Positions 1 to 10,495 of a stretch of DNA of 64,000 nt are shown one piece after another. The notes beneath the pieces were generated by a model. The model ran no database searches, had not been told where the DNA came from, and saw only the letters and a list, made by a program, of their open reading frames with translations. Origin of the DNA: an uncultured Nitrososphaerota archaeon (GTDB lineage: Archaea > Thermoproteota > Nitrososphaeria > Conexivisphaerales > DTJL01); NCBI GenBank assembly GCA_963842885.1, contig CAWJIE010000003.1:512459-576458 (forward strand). The letters run 5' to 3'. Each line of letters opens with the position of its first letter. Within the stretch, counting starts at the first letter, position 1. A program made the position numbers and the translations under genes.

Positions 1-708
1 GCCTCTGCGTCCTCTCAGTCAGGCCCGCCTTGCTGGCGATCCTGGAGACACACTTAACAGGGTCCGTCACGGGCATCCTCAGCTCAAGCTCACGATGGAG
101 GAGCCGATAGCATCTGGCCACGTCCTTCCTCTTCACGCCGCTGGCAGCCGCCACGTCCTTCAAGGTCCTCGGGGTCTCCGTCGCCCTGCAGGCGGCGTAG
201 ACGGATGCTGCGATAAGTGCGCTGATGCTCCTTCCCCTCACGAGGCCCTTCTCCATAGCCTTCCTGTAGATGTAGGCAGACCTTTCGACGACGACGTCGG
301 AGATGCTCAGCTTGTCGGCCAACCTGTCCAGTTCGCTGAAGGCCTGGCGCAGGTTCCTGTCCACAGGTTCGTGGACCTGGCTCCTCCCGTCCCAGGTCCT
401 GAGCCTCTCCATGGCCGACCTGACGCTGCCAGCCAGGTTCTTACCGGAGGCATCCCTGTTCTCCGAGCCGATGACCGTGGCCAGGCCCATGTCGTGCATG
501 GCAAGCGAAGCGGGGATCCCCACCCTGCTCCTGCTTTCCTTCTCTTCGGCGGTGAAGGATCGCCACTCCGGACCCGTCTCCTCGATCCGCTCCTTGGTTA
601 CGAACCCGCACGAATTGCAGACCATTTCACCCTTAGCGGAGTCGACGACCATGGCACGCCTCCCGCACCTAGGACAGCGTTCTGCCTGGGGATTGGGGTC
701 GCCTCCAT
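1..708 (-). CDS. tfb: Transcription initiation factor IIB (TFB), 3' end runs off the window
   Basis: Manual minus-strand translation: Zn ribbon CPRCG...VCNSCG, EETGPEWRSF, cyclin repeat RKAMEKGLVRGRSISALIAASVYAACR. ATG at 708 follows gagggagg but is one base out of frame (C-run near 688-691), so the start is uncertain. Confidence 0.93.
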
Positions 709-776
709 AAGCCTCCCTCTTAGAAGACGTATCGTAACACCAAGAAACAAACAGCGTCCTATGACTTTCAATGGGT

Positions 777-786
777 TATATTTAAA
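777..786. promoter_or_regulatory. TATA box (ttatatttaa), possibly bidirectional
   Basis: AT-rich box between tfb (minus) and a small plus-strand ORF in GC-rich context. Confidence 0.55.
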
Positions 787-813
787 CAACTGACGCCGGA
801 GGGAGCCCTCTTG

Positions 814-939
814 ATGGCGCTCCTGACTCCGTTGATTGCCCTCACGAAGGCCGTAGGAAGGCGGGACGCAGCGATTCTCGACACCTACTTCAGGAGCGTC
901 GGAATCGACCTTGATCGACGCCTACGGCTGATCTCCTAG
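814..939 (+). CDS. Possible 41-aa small protein
   Basis: ATG..TAG ORF (MALLTPLIALTKAVGRRDAAILDTYFRSVGIDLDRRLRLIS) ~28 nt after the TATA box, preceded by ggaggga; fills the tfb-tbp gap. Confidence 0.3.
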   Translation: MALLTPLIALTKAVGRRDAAILDTYFRSVGIDLDRRLRLIS

Positions 940-1493
940 TACACCATCAGCCCTTCGTTTTCAAGAAGCGTATGGAGCTTGCTGACGGCTTCGTAGACCT
1001 CCTCCTCCTTCTTGGCGCCCGTACACACCAACTTCCCGCTGGCGAAGACCAGGATGACCGTCTTCGGCTCGAGCATCCTGTGTATCAGGCCGGGGAACTG
1101 CTCGGGCTCGTACAAGCTCCGAGTCAGCTTCAGGGCGGCCTCCTCCAGCTTGACCCTCCCTCCTAGGCTGACCGACGCGACTATGTTCTGAATCTCCATC
1201 TCCGGCTCGTTCTGTATCTTGATTCCCGACTTCCTCAGGTTCTGCACCACCGTCTGGACCGCCTTGAAAGCCTGTTCTTCGCTCTTCGCACCGGTGCACA
1301 CCATCTTCCCGGTCCTGAAGATCAGCGTGCAGGTCTTGGGCGCCTTCAGGCGGAAGGCCAACCCTGGGAACACCTGCGGGTTGTACTCCACGTCGGGAAA
1401 GAGCCTAGTAATCTCGCTCAGGTCTATGGGTTGGTTGACCCCACCCGAGGCTACCACGTTCTCGATAGAAATGAGCGGGGTGGTCTTCGGCAT
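936..1493 (-). CDS. tbp: TATA-box-binding protein
   Basis: Two TBP repeats (IENVVAS...YNPQVFPGL...IFRTGKMVCTGAK; IQNIVAS...YEPEQFPGL...VFASGKLVCTGAK). Start set at MPKTT (1493), below a TATA at ~1522-1529. Confidence 0.97.
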   Translation of the reverse strand: MPKTTPLISIENVVASGGVNQPIDLSEITRLFPDVEYNPQVFPGLAFRLKAPKTCTLIFRTGKMVCTGAKSEEQAFKAVQTVVQNLRKSGIKIQNEPEMEIQNIVASVSLGGRVKLEEAALKLTRSLYEPEQFPGLIHRMLEPKTVILVFASGKLVCTGAKKEEEVYEAVSKLHTLLENEGLMVY

Positions 1494-1689
1494 GCAAATC
1501 GGCAGTTCGTTCGTAGACCCTACATATAAGGACGAGCGTCGAGGGATTCTGTTGACCGATCTGTCTGCCGAAGCGCTTTTAACCTCGGCGTTGGAGACCG
1601 CCATCGACAGGCCTCATCGGGGGGTTTGCCGCGCTTCTGCCTTGGGGTGCGGAAGTGAAGAGCCCGCCCCAAAGCAGCGACGCCGCCTT

Positions 1690-1739
1690 CATCCATGCTT
1701 CTCCATCCATGCTTCTCCATCCATGCTTCTCCATCCATG
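1690..1739. repeat. Tandem repeat, 14-bp unit catccatgcttctc x ~3.6
   Basis: Read directly from the sequence. Confidence 0.95.
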
Positions 1740-2012
1740 ATGTCGATAAAGAATGGAAGCGGGTCGGATCGACCCGCCCAACCTTCACTGTCTTGGCACG
1801 AGTTCGTTGATGAAGGGTCCGGAATGTATCCACAGCTAGGGGATGTGCCATCTTTTCCTCGGCAGCGTCACCTCCACCGTCCTGGTGACCATCGTGGTGG
1901 CGACGTTCCCGCTGCCGGTTCTCTGAGGCCCGGCCTCCCTGATGCCGTCGGCTAGCTGGGAACGTATTATGAAGAAAAAAGGTACTGGGGGCGGCGAGGC
2001 CGCCTCCATTAC

Positions 2013-2654
2013 TTACTGTGAACCGCTCTGGCCGGCTTCGCCGCCCATGCTTGGCAGGTCGGGGAACTTGTCCTTCATGTTCTGCTCGGCGACGGCCGAG
2101 GCTTCAGCCAGGATGTGCTCCGCGTCCTCGTTCGCGGCCTCGAAGTTGAGTGTCAGGCCGCCAAGCTGTCCGGCGTCGACCAGGATGCTGCTGAGCACGT
2201 TGTTGATATCGCCTATCTCCTGCTCCGCCTCCGGCATCACGCCCGTCAGGCCTGACTTCACGCTCTTTATCACGGCCATGGCGGGAGCGAGGGTGACCAC
2301 TATGTCGCCCAGCTCCGCAGCGGTGCTGAGCCTGAGGATGATCTGTTCCAGCGCGATCCTCGCCGACGTGACCAGCTTCGACATCTTCCTGATCTCGGCG
2401 AGCTCGTTGGAGTAGATCGAAGCATGCTGCATGTCGTGCTTCTGGAGGGAGGAGACGACCTTGTTGAAGAGCGCTCCGTCCCTCTCCTTCAGCTTGTTGG
2501 TCGTGTTCTCGAGCTTCGATACTTGGACCTGAATGTTGCGGACCGCGGCGTCGATGCGCGGCTTCAGGGGCCCCGCAGGGCTAAGCGATCCCCTGACCTT
2601 CTCCCCAAGCCCTGGGGTGTTGGAGGGGACCCATTTCTTACTAAATTCCGACAT
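2013..2654 (-). CDS. cdvB: ESCRT-III / Snf7 family protein (CdvB paralog)
   Basis: GPLKPRI...SNELAEIRKM...ALEQIILRLSTAAELGDIVVTLAPAMAVIKSV, typical of thaumarchaeal CdvB paralogs; start at MSEFSKKW. Confidence 0.9.
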   Translation of the reverse strand: MSEFSKKWVPSNTPGLGEKVRGSLSPAGPLKPRIDAAVRNIQVQVSKLENTTNKLKERDGALFNKVVSSLQKHDMQHASIYSNELAEIRKMSKLVTSARIALEQIILRLSTAAELGDIVVTLAPAMAVIKSVKSGLTGVMPEAEQEIGDINNVLSSILVDAGQLGGLTLNFEAANEDAEHILAEASAVAEQNMKDKFPDLPSMGGEAGQSGSQ

Positions 2655-2962
2655 AATCACTGCGCCTAGATGTTCGTATACCAACTGGCGGCTTATCTTT
2701 GGTTGTCACCAGTCGAGCCCTATACCCGGGTGACACCATCGCTGGTGGCGCATCATTTGGACGACGACGTCTTAGTAGACCACTCAGACGCATGACCGTC
2801 GCTGGAGGCTTCTCGATGACAACAATGTCAAGGCGAAGACCAGGCAGAAACCCCATGAATACGATTCTGAATGAATCGCCGCCTTGCGCATCGTCATGTG
2901 GGAAGGTGATGGCTCGCGCTGCTGCGGCCGCGCAACAAAAACACAGCTGTTGAAAGGGAGGG

Positions 2963-3262
2963 TTACTTCTGACGACTGAGCTTCCGGGACACTTCGGCCG
3001 ACTTGTTCCATTTCATTACTGGGGCCACGTGCGTCCTTCCCACAGACATCAGAGGAATCGCGAAGGAGAAGATTTGGGCGGGGTCCTTGGCTTCAACCAC
3101 GAAGTAGATGTGATGGCCGGGGCCGTCCACGTAGCCCTCGACTATCTTGACGTCGTTGGCGGTGGCCGCCTCGTTCAGGTCGTTGGTGAACTCTTTGTAG
3201 GGGCGGATCGTTCCGCTTGGACAGTGCTCTGCAGCGTGCGTATGGTCGACTATGAATAGCAT
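2963..3262 (-). CDS. DUF3303/GYD-like small ferredoxin-fold protein
   Basis: MLFIVDHTHAAEHCP...GHHIYFVVEA...THVAPV pattern. Confidence 0.6.
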   Translation of the reverse strand: MLFIVDHTHAAEHCPSGTIRPYKEFTNDLNEAATANDVKIVEGYVDGPGHHIYFVVEAKDPAQIFSFAIPLMSVGRTHVAPVMKWNKSAEVSRKLSRQK

Positions 3263-3350
3263 CGCCAGAAGAGGCCTTTCACGGGTCTTATTATCGCTTC
3301 GCAACATTCTGGTGGTTTCATGCGTCAATCAAACGCATGCGGAATGTACA

Positions 3351-3405
3351 GCCTCGTCCCTGGACAGCTTGTCCGCCCTCTTCTGCTCCGCCTCGTAGAG
3401 CGTGT
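3351..3405 (-). repeat. Internal fragment of gene B
   Basis: gcctcgtccctggacagcttgtccgccctcttctgctccgcctcgtagagcgtgt matches 55092-55146. Confidence 0.9.
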
Positions 3406-3492
3406 CGAGGAGTCTCAAGGCGCTAGAAGCCCACAGGGGGGGGCAGGTGGAACAATGTATTTTACGAAGCGCACAATGAGATAGGATCGAGG

Positions 3493-3708
3493 GTGACTCA
3501 AGTGGGCGTAGTCGGCGGACCCAAGGACCTCGCCAGGGGGAGGACGAAGTTCATCGAAGAGGCGCTAAAGGACCTGAGCCCAGGCTTGAAGGACGACGTG
3601 ATGCAGGTCTTGAATGCCTGGGAGGGGGACCCATCGGAGGCGAAGCTCGCGAACCTCGTGGGGAGGGAGAAGGCCAGGCGTCTCGTCCAGTCATTTGGAG
3701 TGAAATAG
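3493..3708 (+). CDS. Hypothetical protein (71 aa)
   Basis: ORF with gene-like codon usage and AT-rich upstream box. Confidence 0.6.
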   Translation: MTQVGVVGGPKDLARGRTKFIEEALKDLSPGLKDDVMQVLNAWEGDPSEAKLANLVGREKARRLVQSFGVK

Positions 3709-3805
3709 GACGTCATTTCGCTTGCGGCTCGTCATCAGCTTCTGCCGGATGTGAGGCGAGGGTTGGGACATTGCAAGGGCTGGCCCTGAGCGCGACGCTG
3801 GCGCG

Positions 3806-4471
3806 TTGACGCGGTGGCAGGACTTGGAGCTAGAGGATTTCGTGGGGAAGTACGGGGAGCCCTTTTCGAAGTTGTTGGGCATCGACCTCCAGTCTAGGAA
3901 GAAGGAGGAGATGGTCAAATGGTTCCTCGCCTCCATCCTTTACAGCAAGCCCATACGCGAAAGCGCAGCCACTCTGACATACAAGACTTTCGAGAGACAT
4001 GGAGTTGCAGACGTCGAAGGGATCCTGTCTACGGGCTGGGGCGGTCTGGTGCGAATCCTGGACGAAGGAGGCTACACCAGATATGACTTCAGCACGGCCA
4101 CCAGGCTGCTCGAAGTGTTCGGCCATCTGAAGAGTGAATACGCCTCGGACCTCTGGAACTTGTACGACCGCTCCTCCGATGGATCTGAACTTGAGAAGAG
4201 GCTGAAAGGACTCGGCAAGGGCATCGGCGATACCACGGTGTCGATCTTCCTGAGGGACATGAGACACATCTGGCCGAAGGCGTGCCCCAACCCGTCTCCG
4301 CTGGTGAGACTGGCGATGGCAGAGCTGGGCATCGATGACCTGGCAGAGATGGCAGAGCGAAGGGGCATGGACGCCGTGATGTTAGAGACCGCCCTGCTCA
4401 GGCTTGGCAAGGATTTCCTCAGAAAGGGTAGGAAGGTCGACGTGAAAGTGGTCAAGGCACTAAGGGTCTGA
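3806..4471 (+). CDS. HhH-GPD superfamily-like protein
   Basis: KWFLASIL...LDEGGYTRYD...LKGLGKGIGDTTVSIFLRDMR helix-hairpin-helix motif. Confidence 0.7.
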   Translation: MTRWQDLELEDFVGKYGEPFSKLLGIDLQSRKKEEMVKWFLASILYSKPIRESAATLTYKTFERHGVADVEGILSTGWGGLVRILDEGGYTRYDFSTATRLLEVFGHLKSEYASDLWNLYDRSSDGSELEKRLKGLGKGIGDTTVSIFLRDMRHIWPKACPNPSPLVRLAMAELGIDDLAEMAERRGMDAVMLETALLRLGKDFLRKGRKVDVKVVKALRV

Positions 4472-4530
4472 TATGATTCGAGGCCGTGCGTTATCACCGG
4501 ACGCCCAGGTTGGTCGCGCACGAGCGACGA

Positions 4531-4599
4531 GCCTCGAAGGCGGTTTCCATCCTGAAGCTGCCGGGGAGCGAGCCGGTGATGCCGAATCCTACGTATTGA
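4531..4599 (+). repeat. 3'-end fragment of gene A
   Basis: Encodes ASKAVSILKLPGSEPVMPNPTY*, versus ASKAVPILKLLGSEPIVLNPMY* at the end of 10496-11032. Confidence 0.88.
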
Positions 4600-4653
4600 C
4601 TCCATATCCCGTAGGTTTAACTAAGGCTGTCGGCGTGATGATCCTAGGTCAGG

Positions 4654-5238
4654 ATGTCTCGAACGCTCCTCATCGTGCCCAGGATTTATGCGAAGAGCGA
4701 ATTCAGGGAGGCCGTATCATACGTTCCTGACGATTACGACGCCCAATCAGAAGAGTTCTGGACCTATGTGGCCGACAAGTTAAGGGCCTTCAGGGGCCGC
4801 ATCAGATGGGTCTTCCGGGAGTCCCTGTCAGGAGATACCGAGGAGGCCTTGAAGGAGGCGAGCGGAGATGAGGGGCGGGGCCTCTCTCTCATAACAGGGC
4901 TCATCGAAGAGGGGGCGAAGCTGAAGCCGACCGAAGATCGCATCCTCGTGGCTGAAACCGAGTCCTGGCTGAAGATGATTAGAGGTTCGTCGAATGATGC
5001 GCTGGTGGGGCTCTACGAGCAGAGCCTTGCGGAACGCAACCACCACATCTCAGACCTCATAGACCAGTCCCTGGGCGAGGGTGAAGTCGGCCTGCTGCTC
5101 ATCGACTCAAGGCGCAAGCTGGAACTCCCGAAGGATATCCGCATCGTCAGGGTCCTCCCCTTTGATCCGGCGGACTACCTGAACGCGGAGATCGTCAAGG
5201 CCAGGCTGAGGTTGGGGAAGACCCAGGGCGGTGGCTGA
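4654..5238 (+). CDS. Hypothetical protein
   Basis: 194-aa ORF overlapping the start of the downstream aminopeptidase. Confidence 0.75.
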   Translation: MSRTLLIVPRIYAKSEFREAVSYVPDDYDAQSEEFWTYVADKLRAFRGRIRWVFRESLSGDTEEALKEASGDEGRGLSLITGLIEEGAKLKPTEDRILVAETESWLKMIRGSSNDALVGLYEQSLAERNHHISDLIDQSLGEGEVGLLLIDSRRKLELPKDIRIVRVLPFDPADYLNAEIVKARLRLGKTQGGG

Positions 5239-6373
5239 TGCAGTCATGTCTGAAGTCCCAGATTACTCTGCGCTCGTCAGGGAGGTGTTCGATACTTGCC
5301 TAGGCGTGAAGCCGAATGACAGAGTCTGGATAGATGGCTGGGACCACACCCTCGACCTGGCGAGGGCCTTCGAATCTGAATGTGTGCGGAGAGGATGTCC
5401 CCGGCTGGTGACGGTGAGACACGAGGACACTTGGCTAAGGTCAATACTCGAAGGTCCGACGGAGCGTCTCAAGGCCGTCCCTCCGAAGGTGAAGGCGGCA
5501 CTGGCGAAGGTCGATTTCTATATCTTCACCATGGGACCCAAGAAGCCGGTGCCGTGGGACTCGATCCCTAGGAAGAAGAGGGAAGCGGTCTCGGTCTGGC
5601 TGGACACGCGCTACGACAAGACATCGTACGCAAGGAATTGGGCGAAGATAGCCAAGGCTCACCGAGTCAAGATGCTCGCGGTGGAGGCGACGTTGGCGAC
5701 GCCAGAGAGGGCGAAGAGCCAAGGGTTGAACTACGAAGAATGGCGTGATGTAATGCTACGGGCATGCATGGTGGACCACAAGGAGCTTGCTAGAAGGGGC
5801 AAGGCGCTGGCCAAGGTCCTGTCGGGGAAGGGAAAAGTCCGCCTAGTGACGCCTTCAGGCACACACCTGAGTTTGGCTCTCGACCGTAGGCCGGTCGAGA
5901 TATCAGACGGTATCGCCACGGAGGAGATGGCCGAGGAGGGAAGGGTCACGTTTCTTCCCGCAGGGGCGATAGAGGTCTCGGTGGACGAAGGAAGCGCTCA
6001 TGGCAGGATAGTCTACGATGCGCCCGTCCGTCTGGGTGATGAGATGATCGAGAACCTTGTTGTCGATCTGAAGGATGGGCGGATCTGCGAGTTCGAAGCA
6101 ACTCGAGGGGCCAAGGCATTCGAAGAATACGTGGAGAAAGGGGGAAGGGACGCCGGGCGCTTCGCCTTCTTTGGATTCGGGCTGAACCCGAGCCTCCGGC
6201 ATGGCTTCACACAAGATGACAAGGTCCTGGGCGGAGTGACGCTTGGCTTCGGCAGCAACGAATCGATGGGTGGGAAGAACGTCGCAGTCGACCAATGGTG
6301 GGCGTCCATCGCCAACGCGACTGTCAGGGTAGATGACACGATGATAATGGACAGAGGAAAGCTGCTAGTCTGA
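5231..6373 (+). CDS. Aminopeptidase, M29 (thermophilic metalloprotease)-like
   Basis: LVTPSGTHLSL...FLPAGAIEV...FGFGLNP...DDKVLGGVTLGFGSNESMGGKN; some metal ligands look substituted. Confidence 0.8.
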   Translation: MADAVMSEVPDYSALVREVFDTCLGVKPNDRVWIDGWDHTLDLARAFESECVRRGCPRLVTVRHEDTWLRSILEGPTERLKAVPPKVKAALAKVDFYIFTMGPKKPVPWDSIPRKKREAVSVWLDTRYDKTSYARNWAKIAKAHRVKMLAVEATLATPERAKSQGLNYEEWRDVMLRACMVDHKELARRGKALAKVLSGKGKVRLVTPSGTHLSLALDRRPVEISDGIATEEMAEEGRVTFLPAGAIEVSVDEGSAHGRIVYDAPVRLGDEMIENLVVDLKDGRICEFEATRGAKAFEEYVEKGGRDAGRFAFFGFGLNPSLRHGFTQDDKVLGGVTLGFGSNESMGGKNVAVDQWWASIANATVRVDDTMIMDRGKLLV

Positions 6374-6574
6374 GGGAACGAAAGCGGTGCTCTACCTTTG
6401 ATTGCTGGCATACGGGCCTGCCTTCTTGTGAAGGCGTAGAAGGCAGAAGGTTGTGGCCCATTTTAAAGGCAGAACGGTGTCGGTGAAGACAGAGAAGGTA
6501 TCTGCTCCTTTGAATGATGATTCGCTCGAAAGCTCAGACATAAATATCATTCTACAGTAGGCGCAAGTGCGTCC

Positions 6575-7090
6575 ATGGGCAGTCAGTCCAGCATCGAAAT
6601 CAGGCAGGCGTCATTGAAGGACCTTCGACCCATCATGCGTCTTGCGAACAGATGCATCCTAGACCTGGCTGGAACCAAGCGTAGGAGGATCTTCCAGGTG
6701 ATTTCGGACAGGATCAAACTTGACCTTACACTGTATCCCAGAACTTGCCTGGTCGCCTCTAACGGCAGGGGGTTGGTGGGTTTCTCGCTGACAGAGGCCA
6801 CTGGCTCATACGCTTCCATATTCCTGCTCGCCGTCAACCCACAGTACAGAAGGAGAGGTGTGGGGTCGGCGCTGGTCTCTGACACGCTCAATCGACTAGC
6901 GGATGAGGGAGTCGAGTACGTCGAACTCATGACCTCCCTGGAGAACGAATCCGCTCAATCCTTCTGGATGAGGCAGGGCTTCACAGACGCTAAGATGAAG
7001 GTCTTCTCAAGGGTCTCAAGGCGACGCAATGCTCGGCGGCAGACTCAAGCCTTCAAGCTAGAGGAAGACGCAAGAGCCAAGGGAAGATAA
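6575..7090 (+). CDS. GNAT N-acetyltransferase
   Basis: LAVNPQYRRRGVGSALV...NESAQSFWMRQGF. Confidence 0.9.
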   Translation: MGSQSSIEIRQASLKDLRPIMRLANRCILDLAGTKRRRIFQVISDRIKLDLTLYPRTCLVASNGRGLVGFSLTEATGSYASIFLLAVNPQYRRRGVGSALVSDTLNRLADEGVEYVELMTSLENESAQSFWMRQGFTDAKMKVFSRVSRRRNARRQTQAFKLEEDARAKGR

Positions 7091-7300
7091 CGTAACTCTG
7101 GGTGCTAGCTGCTGGGCCTCTGTCCTAGAGGTCGAAAACCATTCAGCCCTCGGTCTTGCGTGCGCTCATCCGGAAGAGGATTCCATCTAGAACTGCTAGA
7201 CTCCGTTTCATTGATGCTTGAGCGTGGTCTTTTCCGTAGGGCGCATGTCGACGTTAGGGCATTTGGCTGCCAGACTTCGCCGGTGTCCCTGTCCCCGCCG

Positions 7301-7906
7301 TCAGCTGGGCTTCGCCTTCCTCCATGCCATCCCCTTGCCTAGCGGGATGGTTCCTGGGCCAATGACGGAGTTGGTCACTATCGCGAAGCTGGTGTACGCC
7401 GCCAAGGAGGCGGTGATGATGCCGAGGTACCCCCCTATGGTCGTCAGGGAGGGGATGCCGTAGAGGTCGCCCGCCCCGAGGACGAAGAAGGTAATCCAGA
7501 GGAAGAGGAAGACGAGGCTCAGGGCGCGGTTTATAGTCGTGGACGGTATCCACATATAGAGTGTGAATATCCCCCAGAGGATGAGGGTTGCACCCACTGC
7601 GCTTGAGATGGGCGTTATCACCTTCATGCTGGCGAGGAGCACCAACAGCGCGTAGAAGAGCCAGAAGGCGCCATAGCTGCAGAAGGCCGTGAACCCGAAA
7701 GTGTTTCCCTTCCTCATTTCGAATACCCCAGTCAGCAGCTGGCATAGCCCTCCGTAGGCCAGCGCCAGCGGCAGCAAGACGTCCACCGTCGCGGCTGGAA
7801 GGAGCCCGGCGTTGGCGAAGCTGAGCAGGAAGGTGGTGAAAGCGAAGGCGGCTAACCCCAGAGAGGCGGGGTCGGCCGCGAGGGCCTTATCGGTGGCGAC
7901 GCTCAT
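7301..7906 (-). CDS. satP: Acetate uptake transporter, GPR1/FUN34/YaaH (SatP) family
   Basis: [27 protein letters not shown] motifs; 6 TM; overlaps the acs stop. Confidence 0.92.
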   Translation of the reverse strand: MSVATDKALAADPASLGLAAFAFTTFLLSFANAGLLPAATVDVLLPLALAYGGLCQLLTGVFEMRKGNTFGFTAFCSYGAFWLFYALLVLLASMKVITPISSAVGATLILWGIFTLYMWIPSTTINRALSLVFLFLWITFFVLGAGDLYGIPSLTTIGGYLGIITASLAAYTSFAIVTNSVIGPGTIPLGKGMAWRKAKPS

Positions 7907-9870
7907 GATGTTGCAACTCCGGCAAGCGCAGCCGCCAATTCTGCCTTCAACTCCTCGTAGCTCTGCTTTGCCTCCTCTATGCTCGTTCCGTCCTCCAAAG
8001 TCGTGATGTCTCCCAGCGCCCTCTCTTCGACGATGGCTCCCAGCAGGCGTCTCATGATCTTCCCGCTCCTGGTCTTGGGTAGCTTGCTGACGAAGTAGAT
8101 ATTCTCTGGTGCGGCTATGGACCCAAGGTTGTGTCGCACATGGTTTATCAGCTCCACTCTCAGTTGTGGCGACGCCTTGCTATCTGGCCTGAGGGTGACG
8201 AACGCCACGGGTACCTGCATCTTTATCGGGTCTGCCTTCCCTATCACCGCCGACTCGGCCACGGCTGGATGAGAGATCAACACGTCCTCTAGCTCGGTTG
8301 TGCTGATCCTGTGGCCAGCGACCTTGAGCACCTCGTCGGCCCTCCCGAGGAACCAAAAGTAGCCATCTTCGTCTTTCATGGCATAGTCCGATGCCAGGTA
8401 CATTCCAGGGATCTTCTTGAAGTATGCCTCCCTGAATCTCTTCGGGTTCTCCCAGATGGTCATGAGCTCTCCCGGCCATGGCCTCTTTATGACCATGAGG
8501 CCCTTCTCATTGGGACGAGCCGACCTACCATCTTCTGTGATGACGTCGGCATCAACACCCGGCAGGGGGAGCGTGGCAGAGCCTGCTTTCAGTGGGATAT
8601 GGGCGATCCCTGGCTGAGGGGAGACCATTATGCCTCCCGTTTCAGTCTGCCACCATGTGTCAACGATTGAACATCGGTGGTTCCCCACGTTCTTGTAATA
8701 CCACTGCCAGGCCTCGGGATTGATGGGCTCGCCCACCGAACCGAGCAGACGAAGAGAGGACAGGTCGTGCTTCTTCACCCAGTCTTCCCCATACTTCATA
8801 TGCATCCTGATGGAGGTCGGAGTCGTATACAGTATGGTGACGCCGTACCTTTCGATCATCTCCCACCATCTGTCAGGGGTAGGGTGATCGGGCGCGCCCT
8901 CGTACATGAACGAAGTGACACCTCTCAGAAGCGGGCCATAGACCACGTAGGAATGGCCCGTAACCCAACCGATGTCCGCCGTGCACCAGAAGATGTCCTC
9001 GTCTTGTGCATCGAAGACCACCTTCTGTGTATAGTAGGACCAGAGCATGTAACCAGCCGTGCTGTGCACCACACCCTTGGGTGTGCCCGTCGTGCCAGAC
9101 GTGTAGAGGATGTAACTGGGGTGGGTCCCCTCCAACCTTTCCGGCTCTACGGTGACTCCCGCGGGCTTCGTCAGCTCGTCATACCAGATGTCTCTGTCTT
9201 CGACCATGTTCGCTTCCCTGTTGGCCCTCCTGATGACGATTACCTTTTCGATGGTGGAGGTTTCCTTCAGGGCCTCGTCGACCACCGACTTGAGTTCGAC
9301 CAATTTCCCCCTCCTGTAGAAGCCGTCGGCCGTGATGACCGCCTTGCTCCCAGAGTCGTTGATGCGCTCGGCGACGGAATGGGCGCTGAAACCTGAGAAG
9401 ATCACGGAGTGGATGGCTCCTATCCTGAGGCAGGCCAGCATGCTGATGGGGAGCTCGGGTATCATCGGCAGGTAGATGGTCACTCTGTCCTTCTTCCGGA
9501 CGCCCAGCTGTTTGAGGACCCAGGCGAACCTGTTGACCTCCTTGTAGAGGTCGTAGTAGGTGAGGATGCGGCGGTCCCCGTTCTCCCCCTCCCAGTAGAA
9601 AGCGACCTTGTTCTTCCTCCAGCTCTTGACATGTCTGTCGAGGCAGTTGTACGATAGATTTGTCTCCCATTTGGGGAACCACCTTCCGTACGGGGGTTCG
9701 TCCATGCTTTCGAACACCGGCCCAGACTTCTGATACCAGAAGAGCTCGTCTGCTATATTGCGCCAAAAATTATCAGAATTCTCGAAGCTTTTGGAGTGAA
9801 TCTCTCTTAGAATCTGGATGCTGGGGTGAAACCTTTCATCTGTTGGCAGCACATCCTTAACTTCTGCCAT
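7903..9870 (-). CDS. acs: Acetyl-CoA synthetase (AMP-forming)
   Basis: [33 protein letters not shown]. Confidence 0.97.
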   Translation of the reverse strand: MAEVKDVLPTDERFHPSIQILREIHSKSFENSDNFWRNIADELFWYQKSGPVFESMDEPPYGRWFPKWETNLSYNCLDRHVKSWRKNKVAFYWEGENGDRRILTYYDLYKEVNRFAWVLKQLGVRKKDRVTIYLPMIPELPISMLACLRIGAIHSVIFSGFSAHSVAERINDSGSKAVITADGFYRRGKLVELKSVVDEALKETSTIEKVIVIRRANREANMVEDRDIWYDELTKPAGVTVEPERLEGTHPSYILYTSGTTGTPKGVVHSTAGYMLWSYYTQKVVFDAQDEDIFWCTADIGWVTGHSYVVYGPLLRGVTSFMYEGAPDHPTPDRWWEMIERYGVTILYTTPTSIRMHMKYGEDWVKKHDLSSLRLLGSVGEPINPEAWQWYYKNVGNHRCSIVDTWWQTETGGIMVSPQPGIAHIPLKAGSATLPLPGVDADVITEDGRSARPNEKGLMVIKRPWPGELMTIWENPKRFREAYFKKIPGMYLASDYAMKDEDGYFWFLGRADEVLKVAGHRISTTELEDVLISHPAVAESAVIGKADPIKMQVPVAFVTLRPDSKASPQLRVELINHVRHNLGSIAAPENIYFVSKLPKTRSGKIMRRLLGAIVEERALGDITTLEDGTSIEEAKQSYEELKAELAAALAGVATS

Positions 9871-10044
9871 TGTGGTTCACGGTCTAAACACAGTCAATTT
9901 AAACCTTCGCAATTATGGCCCCCTGCGCCGACATGGTCGTATGGTTGCTAGTCTTCAAAGAAATGGCTTGATTGCTCCCCTCTGATGCTCTAATATTACG
10001 TATGAGGCATCAAGTCGTTTGCGGAACACTGGAGCACTTGGCTG

Positions 10045-10254
10045 CTAGACTTCGACCGTGTCCCTATCCTTGGGGTCCAGGGCCTTCTTGAGTTGCTTCG
10101 TGACCCAGTCGGAGTTCTCTTCGTTCTTCAGCTCCCTGGCTGCCTCGTCCCTGGACAGCTTGTCGGCTCTCCTCTGCTCGGCCGTGTAGAGCGTGTGCAT
10201 GTCCTTGTAGGCCACCCTCTTCCCCTTCGTGTCCTCCTCGACTACGGACGACAT
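10045..10254 (-). CDS. Gene B, intact copy (69-aa charged protein of unknown function)
   Basis: MSSVVEEDTKGKRVAYKDMHTLYTAEQRRADKLSRDEAARELKNEENSDWVTKQLKKALDPKDRDTVEV*; TTTAAG box ~25 nt upstream of the ATG, also present at the 54995 copy. Confidence 0.8.
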   Translation of the reverse strand: MSSVVEEDTKGKRVAYKDMHTLYTAEQRRADKLSRDEAARELKNEENSDWVTKQLKKALDPKDRDTVEV

Positions 10255-10384
10255 ACCAGCAATCATGTGGGGTGCCTCCCTTAAAGGTGCACCTATCTTC
10301 TTTCTTGACAATTGGTCATCTAACATGTCCGACGTCTCAACATGGAGGATTCCGATCTCTCTTTCATTGATAAGCCCAGCCTCG
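10255..10384 (-). promoter_or_regulatory. Conserved upstream/promoter region of gene B
   Basis: gcctcccttaaaggtgcaccta...ttgacaattggtca...ttcattgataagcccagc; related sequence at 20631-20732, 20888-21004 and 55205-55348. Confidence 0.7.
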
Positions 10385-10495
10385 CTTGGGCGACCCCTGG
10401 TGACCCCCGGTCGTTTCATGCTCTGTCGTCGCTAATGCACCATAGGTCAACTCCCCGCCAACGCCGGCAGTTATTAGAGAAGTGAGGCTCAGGGT

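Noticed and set aside
95-793. 232-aa plus-strand ORF and similar long antisense or alternative-frame ORFs (e.g. 8677-9396, 23765-24682, 24994-26139, 35401-36372)
   Set aside because: Shadow frames of well-supported genes in GC-rich DNA
10255-10419. N-terminal extensions of gene B given by the ORF track (124, 89 and 93 aa versions)
   Set aside because: The extensions differ in start and length between copies and run through a conserved TATA-like box; MSSVV is the better start
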